Of a stretch of 64,000 nt of DNA, positions 24,800 to 37,056 are shown piece after piece; the stretch's first letter is position 1; each line of letters starts with the position of its first letter. This DNA is from Mobula hypostoma (lineage: Eukaryota). The stretch spans positions 4,652,001 through 4,716,000 of the forward strand of contig NC_086109.1 of assembly GCF_963921235.1 (NCBI RefSeq), in the 5' to 3' direction. The notes under the pieces are model-generated. The model saw only the letters and a program-made list of their open reading frames with translations, was not told the origin of the DNA and searched no databases. The position numbers were made by a program, and so were the translations under genes.

Positions 24800-27700
24800 C
24801 ACCCAGAACCTGCTCCCCCCATCCCCTCCCAGCCCGCTCCTCCCCCCACCCCTCTCAGAACCCGCTCCCCCCCACCCCTTTCCCAGAACCAGCTCCCCCC
24901 CGCCCCTCTCCCAGAACCCGCTCCCACCACCCCTCTCTCAGAACCCACTCCCCCCCACCCCTCTCCCAGAACCAGCTTCCCCCCACGCCTTTCTCAGAAC
25001 CCGCCTTCCCCACCTCCTCCTGGCTCGCTCCTCCCCCACCCCTCTCAGAACCCGCTCCCACCACCCCTCTCCCAGAACCAGCTCCCCCCCACGCCTCTCT
25101 CAGAACCTGCCTTCCCCACCTCCTCCTGGCTCGCTCCTCCCCCACCCCTCTCAGAACCCGCTCCCACCACCCCTCTCCCAGAACCAGCTTCCCCCACCCC
25201 TCTCCCAGAACCCACTCCCCCCCACCCCTCTCCCAGAACCCGCTCCCCCCACCGCCCTCCCAGAACCCACTCCCCCACCCCTCTCCCAGAACCCGCTTCC
25301 TCCCACCCCTCTCCCCGAACCAGCTCCCCCCCACGCCTCTCTCAGAACCTGCCTTCCCCACCCCCTCCTGGCTCGCTCCTCCCCCACCCTTCTCAGAACC
25401 CGCTCCCCCCCACCCCTCTCCCAGAATCCACCCCCACCCCTCTCCCAGAACCAGCTCCCCCACCCCTCTCCCAGAACCCACTCCCCCCACCCCATTCCCA
25501 GAACCCGCTCCCCCACCCCCTCCCAGAACCCACTCCCCCCCACCCCTTTTCCAGAACCCACTCCCCCCCACCCTTTTTCCAGAACCAGCTCCCCCCAACC
25601 CCTCTCCCAGAACCAGCTCCCCATCCACCCCTCTCCCGGCGCGCTCCCCCTCCCCCCACCCCTCTCCCAGAACCCGCTCCCCCCACCCCCTCCCAGAACC
25701 AACTCCCCCCACCCCTCTCCCAGAATCCACTCCCCCCACCTCCCTCCCAGAACCCACTCCCCCCAACCCCTCTCCCAGAACCCGCTTCCTCCCACCCCTC
25801 TACCCGAACCAGCACACCCCCCACGCCTCTCTCAGAACCTGGCTTCCCCAACCCCCTCCTGGCTCACTCCTCCCCGACCCCTCTCAGAACCCGCTCCCCC
25901 CCACCCCTCTCCCAGAACCCGCTCCCCCCCACCCCTCTCCCAGAACCCGCTCCCCCCACCCCTCTCCCAGAACCAGCTCCTCCCCACCCCTCTCCCAGAA
26001 CCCGCTCCCCTCCACCCGTCTCCCAGAACCAGCTCCCCCCACCCCTCCCCAGAACCCGCTCCCGCCCACCCCTCCCCCAGAACCCGCTCCCCCCCACCCC
26101 TCTCCCAGAACCAGCTACCCCCCACCCCTCCCCCAGAACCCGCTCCCCCCCACCCCTCTCCCAGAACCAGCTCCCCCCACCCCTCTCCCAGAACCAGCTC
26201 CCTCTCCCCCCACCCGTCTCCCGGCGCGCTCCCCCTCCCCCCAACCCCTCTCCCGGCGCGCTCCCCTCCCCCCAACCCCTCTCCCAGAACCAGCTCCCCC
26301 CCACCCCTCCCCCAGAACCCGCTCCCCCCACCCCTCCCCCAGAACCCGCTCCCCCCACCCCTCTCCCAGAACCAGCTCCCCCCACCCCTCTCCCAGAACC
26401 AGCTCCCCCCACCCCTGTCCCAGAACCAGCTCCCCCCCACCCCTGTCCCAGAACCCGCTCCCCCCACCCCTCCCCCAGAACCCGCTCCCCCCACCCCTCT
26501 CCCAGAACCAGCTCCCCCCACCCCTCTCCCAGAACCCGCTCCCCCCCAACCCTCTCCCAGAACCAGCTCCCCCCACCCCTCCCCCAGAACCCACTCCCCC
26601 CCACCCCTCTCCCAGAACCAGCTCCCCCCCACCCCTCTCCCAGAACCAGCTCCCCTCCACCCCTCTCCCAGAACCAGCTCCCCCCACCCCTCTCCCAGAA
26701 CCAGCCCCCCACCCCTCTCCCAGAACCAGCTCCCCTCCACCCGTCTCCCAGAACCAGCTCCCCCCACCCCTCTCCCAGAACCCGCTCCCCCCACCCCTCC
26801 CCCAGAACCCGCTCCCCCCCACCCCTCCCCCAGAACCCGCTCCCCCCACCCCTCTCCCAGAACCAGCTCCCCCCCACCCCTCTCCCAGAACCCGCTCCCC
26901 CCCACCCCTCCCCCAGAACCCGCTCCCCCCACTCCTCCCCCAGAACCCGCTCCCCCCCACCCCTCTCCCAGAACCAGCTCCCCTCCACCCATCTCCCAGA
27001 ACCAGCTCCCCCCACCCCTCTCCCAGAACCAGCTCCCCCCCCACCCCTCCCCCAGAACCCGCTCCCCCCCACCCCTCCCCCAGAACCCGCTCCCCCCACC
27101 CCTCTCCCAGAACCCGCTCCCCCCACCCCTCTCCCAGAACCCGCTCCCCCCACCCCTCTCCCAGAACCAGCTCCCCCCCATCCCTCTCCCAGAACCAGCT
27201 CCCCCCACTCCTCCCCCAGAACCCGCTCCCCCCCACCCCTCTCCCAGAACCAGCTCCCCTCCACCCATCTCCCAGAACCAGCTCCCCCCACCCCTCTCCC
27301 AGAACCAGCTCCCCCCCACCCCTCTCCCAGAACCCGCTCCCCCCCACCCCTCCCCCAGAACCCGCTCCCCCCACTCCTCCCCCAGAACCCGCTCCCCCCC
27401 ACCCCTCTCCCAGAACCAGCTCCCCTCCACCCATCTCCCAGAACCAGCTCCCCCCACCCCTCTCCCAGAACCAGCTCCCCCCCCACCCCTCCCCCAGAAC
27501 CCGCTCCCCCCCACCCCTCCCCCAGAACCCGCTCCCCCCACCCCTCTCCCAGAACCCGCTCCCCCCACCCCTCTCCCAGAACCAGCTCCCCCCATCCCTC
27601 TCCCAGAACCAGCTCCCCCCATCCCTCTCCCAGAACCAGCTCCCCCCCACTCCTCTCCCAGAACCAGCTCCCTCTCCCCCCACCCCTCTCCCGGCGCGCT

Positions 27701-27800
27701 CCCCCTCCCCCCAACCCCTCTCCCGGCGCGCTCCCCCTCCCCCCAACCCCTCTCCCGGCGCGCTCCCCCTCCCCCCAACCCCTCTCCCGGCGCGCTCCCG
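24800..27800. repeat. ~3 kb GC-skewed minisatellite, unit ~21-23 nt (CCCCTCTCCCAGAACC[C/A]GCTCCCCCCA)
   Basis: Directly visible tandem array with variant units and higher-order blocks; G-rich on the gene A sense strand, in intron 1. Confidence 0.97.
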
Positions 27801-28370
27801 CTGCCCTCGGAGGTGTTTGCCGCGTGCGCACCATGAAAGGGCGCCGCGAGGATGGACTTGGGCACCCTCGGAGCCCGGTAACCGCCGTCCGCGACTGCTG
27901 CTCAGTCCGCCGCGTTTCTGTCCCGTTGACGGTTCGGTAATTCTCAAATCGTGTTTATTTCACTCTCCGCGAATGTTAGCTCTACACTGATCTACTCCTG
28001 ACTCAGGACTCAGCAGCGGCGGTTCCGGGGCCATCTCGCCTCAGATTCTTCGCCCGATTCCCGGCGCGCTGCCAGCCCAGGACGCCCGCGCACCTTGGAG
28101 GTAATGTTGTCGCCCGTTTCCCCGGCCCCGGCGCGCTCATGCTCCCGTTCCCGTTCCCGCTCACGCTCACGCTCACCTGCCCCCGCGGCCCTCGCCGCCA
28201 TCGCCCACAGCAGAGCGAATAGTAGCACAGCCGCCATCGTCACTGCCGGAAATGGCTGCGCCCTGTGACGAGAAGAGAAAGTCTGCTGAGGCAGCCTGGA
28301 AGCCCAAATGACACACACGAGGTGCTAGAGGACTCAGAGCTCTGCGGGCCGGGCAACGTCTCTGGCAAGG
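27680..28370 (-). promoter_or_regulatory. CpG island / promoter and 5' region of gene A
   Basis: Locally dense CpG and GC (cggcgcgc, cgcgag, gccgcg) around the signal-peptide exon, in an otherwise CpG-poor window. Confidence 0.75.
28177..28237 (-). CDS. Gene A (RCA-like multi-CCP complement regulator), exon 1, signal peptide
   Basis: ATG at 28237 reads MAAVLLFALLWAMAARAAGA+G, then donor GCAG|GTGAGC; 61 nt (phase 1, matching the CCP exons); lies in a CpG island. Confidence 0.85.
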
Positions 28371-28985
28371 AATCGACTTTTCAGGGCCGAGACCCTTAAT
28401 CAGGACTGCCCAGGAAGAGAAGGAGTACATGGTGGCAGATAATAAATGAAACTTGGACAGAGGGGACGGGAGGGGGAAGTAAAGAGCTGGGAAGTTGCTT
28501 GGTAAAAGAGATAAAGGGCTGGAGACTGGGGTGGTGGAGGGAATCTGATCAGAGGGGGTAGAACACCATGGAAGAAGGACAAGGTGGAGTACCAGGGGGA
28601 GATGATAGGTGGGAGAGGGAAACAGGAATGGGAAATGGTTGGGGGGGGGATGGGCAATTATTGGAAGTTTGAGAAATCGGTGTTGGTGCCATCAAGTTGG
28701 AGGCTACCCAGACAGAATATAAGGTGTTGCTGCTCCAACCTGAGTGTGGTCTCATCGCACCTAACATGTCAGAATGGGAAGTCAAATTGAAATGGTTGAC
28801 CACCGGGAGATCCCGGTGTTTCTGGCAGACGGAGTGCAGATGCTCGGTGAAGTGGTCTCCCAGTCTATGTCAGGTCTCACCGATACACAGGAGGCCACCC
28901 CAACAGACTCACAGGTGAAGAGTTGCCTCACCTGGAAGGACTGTCTGGGGCCCTGAATGGTAGTGAGGAGGTGTAGGGGAACTCA
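28371..28985 (-). mobile_element. Penelope-like element fragment abutting the gene A promoter
   Basis: Degenerate GIY-YIG C-terminus (QGPRQSFQVR...QHLIFCLGSLQLDG) and hammerhead remnant at 28371-28407. Confidence 0.8.
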
Positions 28986-30989
28986 TAAGAGGGGTGTTTG
29001 TTAGAGCGCAGGTGCACTAAGGTGAACCCAGGACCTGCTTTGTACAGGTGGATGTGGCTGAGCCCAGGGAAAGCGGGATATTCCTGCTCTGACACCTGTT
29101 GTACAGCAACATGGTATGACCATGAGGAGGCTAATCTGCTAAAGCGCATCGCCACTCTCAGGCGGCAAAGAGTGCCCACATCCGTCGCAAAATCCAGACC
29201 CAGATACACCCTACTCCCAACCCAGAACCGGGCCCAAACAACTCCCTCCTGGGTTCCTCCTGACCCTGTCTCGCTCCTGAACTTTGACCCCTCACTCCCC
29301 AAGGACTTGGAACGGGCAATAAAAACACAGAATATAAAAACCATAAGCCTGAAAAGGTCCACAGTCCTTAAAAGCAGTAGTCTAATCCATCAGGGCAGAA
29401 CCACGATACCATCCTATGACATCACTGACATTGATCGAAAGAGAGAGACCCCACGAGGCAGAGAGGCCTCCCCGCCTGCCATGTCGATAGGCCACTCACA
29501 GACCCATTCTTCTGCAGTGATCTTGCGCTGAAACTCTTGCTCACCTTCTGCATTCGCCTCGACGTCTAAGTCTTCCTCGACGCTTTAACCGGCGAAATGG
29601 AGCTGAACATACGCTCGCGCCCCATCTCGAAGTTTCTTCGCATCAAGGCCGTCCCAGTACGCGCTCACTTCCTAGAATCTTCTCGGAGACAGCAACACGC
29701 TGGGTCATTCATATGATCTCCAAACTGTAAATCGCAGGCTCTACCAGTCCCAGAAACACACGTAAGGTGAAAAACAGGGGTAAAAGAAGAAAGAAAGGCA
29801 TTTTCGTGAGCCATCTGGAGGATGTCGACTGAGGGAGCATTGTATACTGGCGCCATCTTGGCCATAAGGTGGACTCTTGGCCTCACAATCTACCTCGTTA
29901 TGATCTTGCACCTTATTGTCTGCCTGCACTACCCTATTTCTATAGCTGTTGCAGTACAGTACAGGCCCTTCGGCCCACAATATTGTGTCAACCCTTTATC
30001 CTGCTCCAAGATCAAGCTAACCCTTCTTCCCCACATCAACCTCCACTTTTCTTTCTCCATGCGCCTATATAAGAGTCTTTTATATGTTAATTCGTTTATT
30101 TAGAGATTCAGTCCGACTATGCCTTTCTTGCTCAACCCTGTGCCACCCAGCTACCAAATATTTAACACTAACCTCGCCTTAGGACCAATTAACTTACTAA
30201 CTGGTACGTCTTTGAACTGTGGGAAGAAACTGGAGCTTTGGGAGCAAACCCATGTGATGATGGGGACAGCATTCAAACTCCTTAGTGGTACAGGAAATGA
30301 ACTCAGAACTCTGATGCCCTAAGCTGTAATTGTCACAAGAGGGCAATTTTTTTAAAGACCAGACCGGATTTATGTTTTTTTTCTCAGTTAGTATGTGGAT
30401 TGTATTTTCTGGGTGTCACCTAATGGGTATGCGGTGTTCCTCGGATTGTTTACCTTTTACATCTAATTGTTTGTCTTTCGACTCACTCTGAGTTTTCACT
30501 TTGTTTTGCAGGTGTCTCATTTGGTATCATGGGGATTGTTAAACTCCGTTTGTATTTATCACTTTTATTCAATTTGGGATAATTTAGCGTGGGATTTTCA
30601 ATGTCTTACATTGTAGTTGTTGTCTTTGGGGATCATTACTTTGTCTTGAGACTGGGGCTGTCTGATTAGATCTGAATTCCTACATGCTCCAGGGTGTATG
30701 TCGGGGATGGGGGGGGGGTGGCTTGCCAACCCTTTTTGCTCAGTCATTGTGGATCCTTGTCTGGTGAAACTCTGACCAAGTTCTTCTGTGTGTTGCAAGT
30801 GATTTTGGTCCTTCAAGATTCTATATAGCTTGTCTGAGTTCTTGTTAGTTTTGCTGGTTAACTTCTGTAATAAATATTCTGTTTGACTTGCTGAAGTCTC
30901 TGGGATTCCTGCACTTCACTTCACTAGTGACCCTGACAGTAATGGTGTTGCACTAACAGAGACATTCAAGATGAGGTAGTAAATTGGAT

Positions 30990-32030
30990 AAAACTTTAGT
31001 TTTGAGGGAGAAGCCAGAGTGATAGTCGATGCTTGCCTTTCGGACTGGAGGCCTGTGAGTAGTGGAGTGCCACAGTGATCGTTGCTGGGTCCACTGTTGT
31101 TTGTCATCTATATCAATGATCTGGATGACAATGTGGTTAACTGGGTCAGCAAATTTGTGGATGACAACAAGATCTGGGGTGTAGTGGACACTAAGGAAGA
31201 CTGTCATGGCTTGCAGTGGGATCTTGACCAGCTGGAAAAATGGCAGATGGTGCAGACAAGTCTGTGGTGTTGCACTTTGGATGAACTGAGGTCTTACACA
31301 GTGAACGGTAGGGCACTGAGTGCGGTGGAACAAAGAGATCTGGGAACACAGGTCCATAATCATTGAAAGTGGCATCACAGGTAGCTAGGATCATAAAGAA
31401 AACTTTTGGCACATAAGTAAAGGTATTGACTGCAGGAGATGGGATGTTATGTTGAAGTTGTATAAGACATTGTTGAGGTGTAATTTGGAGTATTGTCTGA
31501 AGTTTTGGTCACCTACCTACAGGAAAGCTGTAAACAAGGTTGAAAGAATACAGAGAAAATTTACAAGGATGTTGCCAGGTCTGGAGGACCTGAGTTATAA
31601 CGGAAGATTGAAAAGGTCAGGACTTTATTCCTTGGAACATAGAAGATTGAGAGAAGATTTGATAGAGGTATGCAACATTATGACGGGTATAGATAATATA
31701 GATAGGATAAATGCAAGAAGACTTTTTCCACTGAGATTGTGTGGGACTGCAACTAGAGGTCATGGATTAAGGGTGAAAGGTGAAAAGTTTAAGGGGAACA
31801 TGAGGGGAAACTTCATCAATCTAAGGGGCGTGAGAGTGTAGAATGAGCTGCTAGTGCTAGTGGTGCATGCAAGCTGAACTTAAAAATTTAAGAGAAGTTG
31901 GGTAGGTACATAGATGGTAGGGGTATGGAGGGTCATGGTCCCAGTGCATGTCGATGGGAGTAGGCAGTTGAAATGGTTTGGCATGGACTAGATGGGTTGA
32001 AGAACCTGTTTGTGTGCAGCATTTTTCTAT
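30990..32030 (+). mobile_element. CR1 LINE, 3' part
   Basis: LGPLLFVIYINDLD, KFVDD, LEYC, RRLREDLIE, TRGHGLRV. Confidence 0.85.
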
Positions 32031-34219
32031 GGCTCTTTGACCATTATGGCGCCCAAATGTCCCTGATGTATTTGCCTCTACTACCACCCCTGCCAGAGCA
32101 TTTCATGCACCAACCACTTTCCGTGTGTGTAAAAAAAATACTGCCTCTAAAATTCTCCTCCCCCCTATATTTCCCTCCCAACATGGTAAGGTTATGCCCC
32201 CTTATTCTGTACTCTTCTTGTTTTCCCTTGTATTGCCTCAATGCACTGTGTAATAAATTGATCTGTATGGATGGTATGTAAGACAAGTTTTTCACTGTAT
32301 CTCAATACATGTGATATAATAAACCAATTTGCTCTCCATAGAAGCTGCCTGACCGGTTGAATTCAAAGGTTCAAAGTATAAATTATACAACCTTTAGATT
32401 TGTTTGCTTTCAGGTAGCCACAAAGCAAGAAACCCAAAAGAACCCAATTAAAGAGGAAAAAAGACCAACACCCGATGCACAAGAGAAAGGGGGAAAAACA
32501 CAAATCATGCAAACAATTGAAGTGAAAACTACATTCTGAAGCAAATTGAGTCCTCAGACACAACCCTGGAGCAGCCTGGAGTTGGCCCAAAGTCTTGCTT
32601 ATCGGTTTATCATATTAGTGGGCTTGGAGAACGGCAGCCAGGGCAAGACTTCATAGCCTCTGCATCATGCAGAGAGGAGTGACCATTGCGGAGAGCGAGT
32701 GAAATGGGTTCTCGCCTTGGATCCTGACACCCTGTCTTTTCAGTCTATCTGGGCCGATGTTTAAATTGACCAAACAACAGAACAGCAAAAGGCTCCAGCG
32801 TGCAGGAGAGACGAGTGAAAATCATGGAGAGTAAGCAAAATTGGCTGTCACCTCTAACCTGAGCTGGTGTTTAAATTGTCTAAGCAGCGGATCATACCTT
32901 GCACTAGGATCTGGCTACTGTGAAGAACTTGGGGCCTATACCACTCCACCCAACAACTCGTCCTGGGCCCAAGATTTTGTTGCCCAGCCCAAAGCCGCTC
33001 TCAGCTCAGAGCCCAGAGTGATCCAACTTCACATCTGGGGCAGTTTTACAGGCATTGAATTTCCTCTGCCCCGACTTCTTCCTGAATAGCGCACTCTATC
33101 TGCATCAATTCTTCAGCGTACAATCTCGGCTCATTCACTGAACTCACCCCGCCATTGCTCGCTCCGTTTGCTGTAATAATTTAACACAATTTACCTCAGA
33201 AGTTGTGTTTTTAGTCCAATTTGCCTTTTTAACTACTAGTGAGCTCTCACACACATTTGGTAGCGCCATCTTAACTGTCAGTTCTTCAAGTACCTTGTGT
33301 GTGGTTTGAAGAATTCAGTACTGATCTGTGTAGTGTTCTTTAGACTGAGGCAACAGTGCAGGAGACTGTGGGTCAGTGGGACCAGAGGTGGAAGGCAATG
33401 GGAAGCTCTTGGGGTCTCTCTTACAGATTTGGGCAGGCACTTAGTGAAGTGCTCACCATATCTGTGTTTGGTTTCTCCAGTGATTAAAGATGAGTTTTTA
33501 TTTGTACATTGAAATATACAGTGAAATGCATAATTTGCATCAGCAACCAGCACACTTGAGGATGTACTGGGGGCAGTCGTAAGTGCCGCCATGCTTCAGG
33601 TGGCAACACAGCATGCCTACAATATTTAGCAGAACAACACACAGCCAACATACAAGAAGACAGATACAACAGCAAAACAACCCCCTTCCTACCCCTACCA
33701 TGTTGGGACATTCTAACCTTCAGACCTATCAACCTCAGGACACATGGACCTCTGACCCTGGGATTTGCCAACCCTGGGAGTCACTGGTTCTCATTCTCAG
33801 TTATTGACTGCAGAGCTCATGGGTCTTTATCATCAGTGCCTGCTGACCCATCCTCCATAGTAGGGGATCACTAGCCTTTGACCCCAGACTGCTCCAAACT
33901 GGACTCCAACCTCTGGGTCCTGCCTCTCTCTCTTCATTTACTGTGCCTAACCTTCAACTCTCCCTCATTCCTATCCCTAAACCCTAACCTTACCCCTTCC
34001 TCCAGGCGCTGTCCCCCAAAACATCCCTACAAACCTAAGAAGACAACTCTGAACCACAACCTTGACTGACGTCGCAGCTCAGTACCATCTTACATGAACT
34101 CAATTTTTCTCATCACCTCCCCATTGAACTCCAGTTGAGTATCTGTTCAGCATCAGATCCTTGAGCAGAAATGGTAACTCATCTGAAATCTCAATCAGCC
34201 ACATTTCAATGCTTCATCT

Positions 34220-35690
34220 TAGAACATAGAACAGTACAGCAAAAGAACAAGCCCTTCAGCCCATAATGTTGTGATGAACCAATTAAATTCGCAATCAAAT
34301 GGCCAGCTCAATTAATTTCTTGTGTCTTCGCCATGTCCATGTCCTTCCATTTTCCTCACATTCATGTCCCTAATCTAAACATCTCTAATGTATCTACCTC
34401 TACCACATCCCAGGCAACACATTCAAGACAACCAGCGCTCTGTATAAAAAAAAATTGCCCCTCACATCTCCTTTGAAATTACCCCCACTCACCTTAGACA
34501 TTTCAACCCTGGGAAAAAGATACTGCCTGATTCCTCTTATCGATGCCTGTCATAACCTTATAAACATCTATCAGATCTCCCCCTCAACCTCCACCTCTCC
34601 AGAGAAAACAAAGCAAGTTTGTCCAACGTCTCGTTATAGCACATGCATTCTAATCCAGTCAGCATCCTGGTAAATCTCTTCTGCACCCTCTCCAAAGCTT
34701 TGCCATCCCCTTCCTATAATGTGACCAGAACTGTACACAATACTCCAGATATGGCCTAACTAGAGTTGCACAAAGCAAAAACATAACTTCCTGACTTATG
34801 AACTCAATGCCTCAACTAATAAAAGTAAGTATGTCATGTGCTTTCTTAACTACCCTATCAATCTGTGTAGCCACTTTCAGAGAGCTGTGAACTTGGACCC
34901 CAGGACCCTCTGTTCATCAACACTGTTAGTCTAGCCTTTAACAGTGTATTGACTCTTTACATCTGACCTATCCAGGTGCAACAGTTCATATTTGGACGGG
35001 TTAAACTCCATCTACCATATTTCCACCCAGATCTGCAATTGAGCTATATCCTATTGTATCTTTTGCCAGTCATCTCTGCTAACCTGTGTGGGCATGTGGC
35101 CAAGTGGTTAAGGCATTGGACTAGCAACCTGAAGGTCGTGAGTTCAAGCCCCAGCCAAGGCAGCGTGTTGTATCCTTGAGCAAGGCACTTGATCACACAT
35201 TGCTCTGCGATGACACTGGTGCCAAGCTGTATGGGTCCTAATACCCTTCCCTTGGACAACATTGGTGTCGTGGAGAGGGGAGACTTGCAGTATGGGCAAC
35301 TGCTGGTATTCCATACAACCTTGCCCAGGCCTGCGCCCTGGAGAGTGAAGACTTTTCAGGCGCAGATCCATGGTCTCGCAAGACTAATGGATGCCTTTAT
35401 TTCTGCTATCCACAACACCACCAATGTTGATACCACCTACAAACTTACTAACCTGTCCATCTACATTTTCAACATTTTCATCCAGGGCATTTATAAACAT
35501 GACACATAACAGAGGTCTCAACAGAGATCCCTGCAGAACACCACTAATCATAGTTCTTCAGCCAGAATAAGCCCTTTCAATGACTACATTCTTTCTTCTA
35601 TAGGCACCATGGATCCTATGCATTTGAATCATTTGGATGATCCTCCCATGAGGGACCTTATCTGAGATCCTACTAAATTTCCTAGAGCTA
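34220..35690 (-). mobile_element. Old CR1 LINE remnant interrupted by a tRNA-derived SINE
   Basis: AGAACATAGAACA tail and degenerate antisense CR1 RT. Confidence 0.65.
35085..35401 (+). mobile_element. tRNA-derived SINE
   Basis: A box TGGCCAAGTGG, B box GTTCAAGCC; TSD TCTGCTA[A/T]CC; close copy at 49901-50212 on the minus strand. Confidence 0.85.
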
Positions 35691-36156
35691 CTATTGCTCT
35701 CTCTGCATCGTTCTGGTGAGACCTGAAGGGGCTGGTGAGTTACTTAATTGAGTTTGAATTCTGCACACCAGGAGAAATTTGCTGCCACTTGTCCCAAATG
35801 TGTCAAATAGAAAACTTAATGTTTGCCAAGGCCAGGGATTTTTTTCCCAAACATTCCCCATGAAAAAACAGCCATAACAATGGCTCCATCATTTTAGGTC
35901 ATGAATTCTTGAGTTTTGATAAGTTAAGAAATGCCATTGAGCATTTGTGAATGTGAACACAGCTGATAACAAAAAGGTTGAAATTACAGCAACTGAAAAA
36001 TGATTTACATTCCTGCCAATTTGAGATGTTAATTCATTGGGGGGTTTTGCTGAATTAAAATTGATTGCAAAATTAGTTTGTCTGGCCTTCTTGCAACTCA
36101 GTGCAATTCTTTTTATTCAGAAATACGGCACAGTAACAAGCCATTTTGGCCCATTG

Positions 36157-36739
36157 TGTTGCGAGGAATGGGTGAACCCAAACCCAGGACACTGACACGG
36201 AGGTAGAGTAATCTGAAGAGTGTTTATTAATGGTTGCAGGGAAGGCTGGGGAGTGTGGATTAGGCAGAGGAAAGCAGAGGGGAGAGCGAGGCTGGACTGG
36301 GGGGGGTCAAACCTGGGTCAGTGCGGTGAGAGCGCGGTGCTTAACCACTGAGCCAGTGGAGAGTGCAGGCAGGCGGCGGGACAAGGCAGAGCAGGGATGC
36401 AGACTGGGGTGTGAGCGTGGCTGGAGAACAGCAGGCAGGAGGACGAACAGGAAGGCAGGCGGCGTGCAATGCTCCTGTTAACACGGAGAGACAGAGTTAA
36501 CACAGGCAAACAACAGCACGGAAACAAAACTTAGAATATGCAATTCTAAGTGGCCTAGAACGTGAACTGCCACACTGGCTGAAGCAACGATCTGGCGATG
36601 AGTGGATGGAAAGCCGGGGTATATATGCTGCCGGTTAGTTGAGATTCAGGTGCGCCGCAATTGGGAACAGGAGAAACATGGGTAAAGGGAATTAGGAGAA
36701 CATAAGGAATAAACAGGAGAGACGGCCAGGACCGTGACA
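36157..36739 (-). mobile_element. Solo LTR (583 bp)
   Basis: TGTTGCG...CGTGACA termini; exact 5-bp TSD CATTG (36152-36156, 36740-36744); minus-strand TATA-like (~36620) and AATAAA (~36225); interrupts a SINE remnant. Confidence 0.8.
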
Positions 36740-37056
36740 CATTGAGTGCATTCTACCCAATTACACCCATGTGACCAAGTAACCTATACCTCTTTGGAAT
36801 GTTGGAAGAAACTATAAAATCTCTTGGGATTTTGCCTCATCTTATCTGCAAGATCCTTCTCGTATTCCCTCTTTGCCCACCTATCTTCCCTGTTGTGCAT
36901 TCAAACATTTCTTGTAGTCATTATGAGATTCACTGGTTCCCAATTGCTCATCTGCAGAGCATGCCTCATTCCTTTTCTTAGCCAGAGTCTCAGTCTCTCT
37001 CCAAAATCAGGTCATGCAGGCCCCGAACTCTTGACATCACACTTTAAAAGGCCTTT

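Noticed and set aside
24800..27800. CRISPR-like array
   Set aside because: Contiguous degenerate units without unique spacers, no cas genes, vertebrate context
24855..27947. Long Gly/Trp/Glu-rich ORFs (up to 677 aa) on the minus strand
   Set aside because: Open in all three frames because the minisatellite lacks stop codons; intronic, with no domain content
28010..28176. ORF extension EREREREREHER after the signal peptide
   Set aside because: Lies beyond a consensus donor at 28176; it is a short intronic hexamer repeat
28998..29531. 177-aa plus-strand ORF
   Set aside because: No recognisable domain or splice structure; spans repeat-like sequence
30340..30915. Possible L1/Tx1 ORF1 remnant on the minus strand
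   Set aside because: Only compositional resemblance; no motif I could confirm
35089..35160. tRNA gene
   Set aside because: A and B boxes are the head of a SINE with body, tail and TSD; no full cloverleaf
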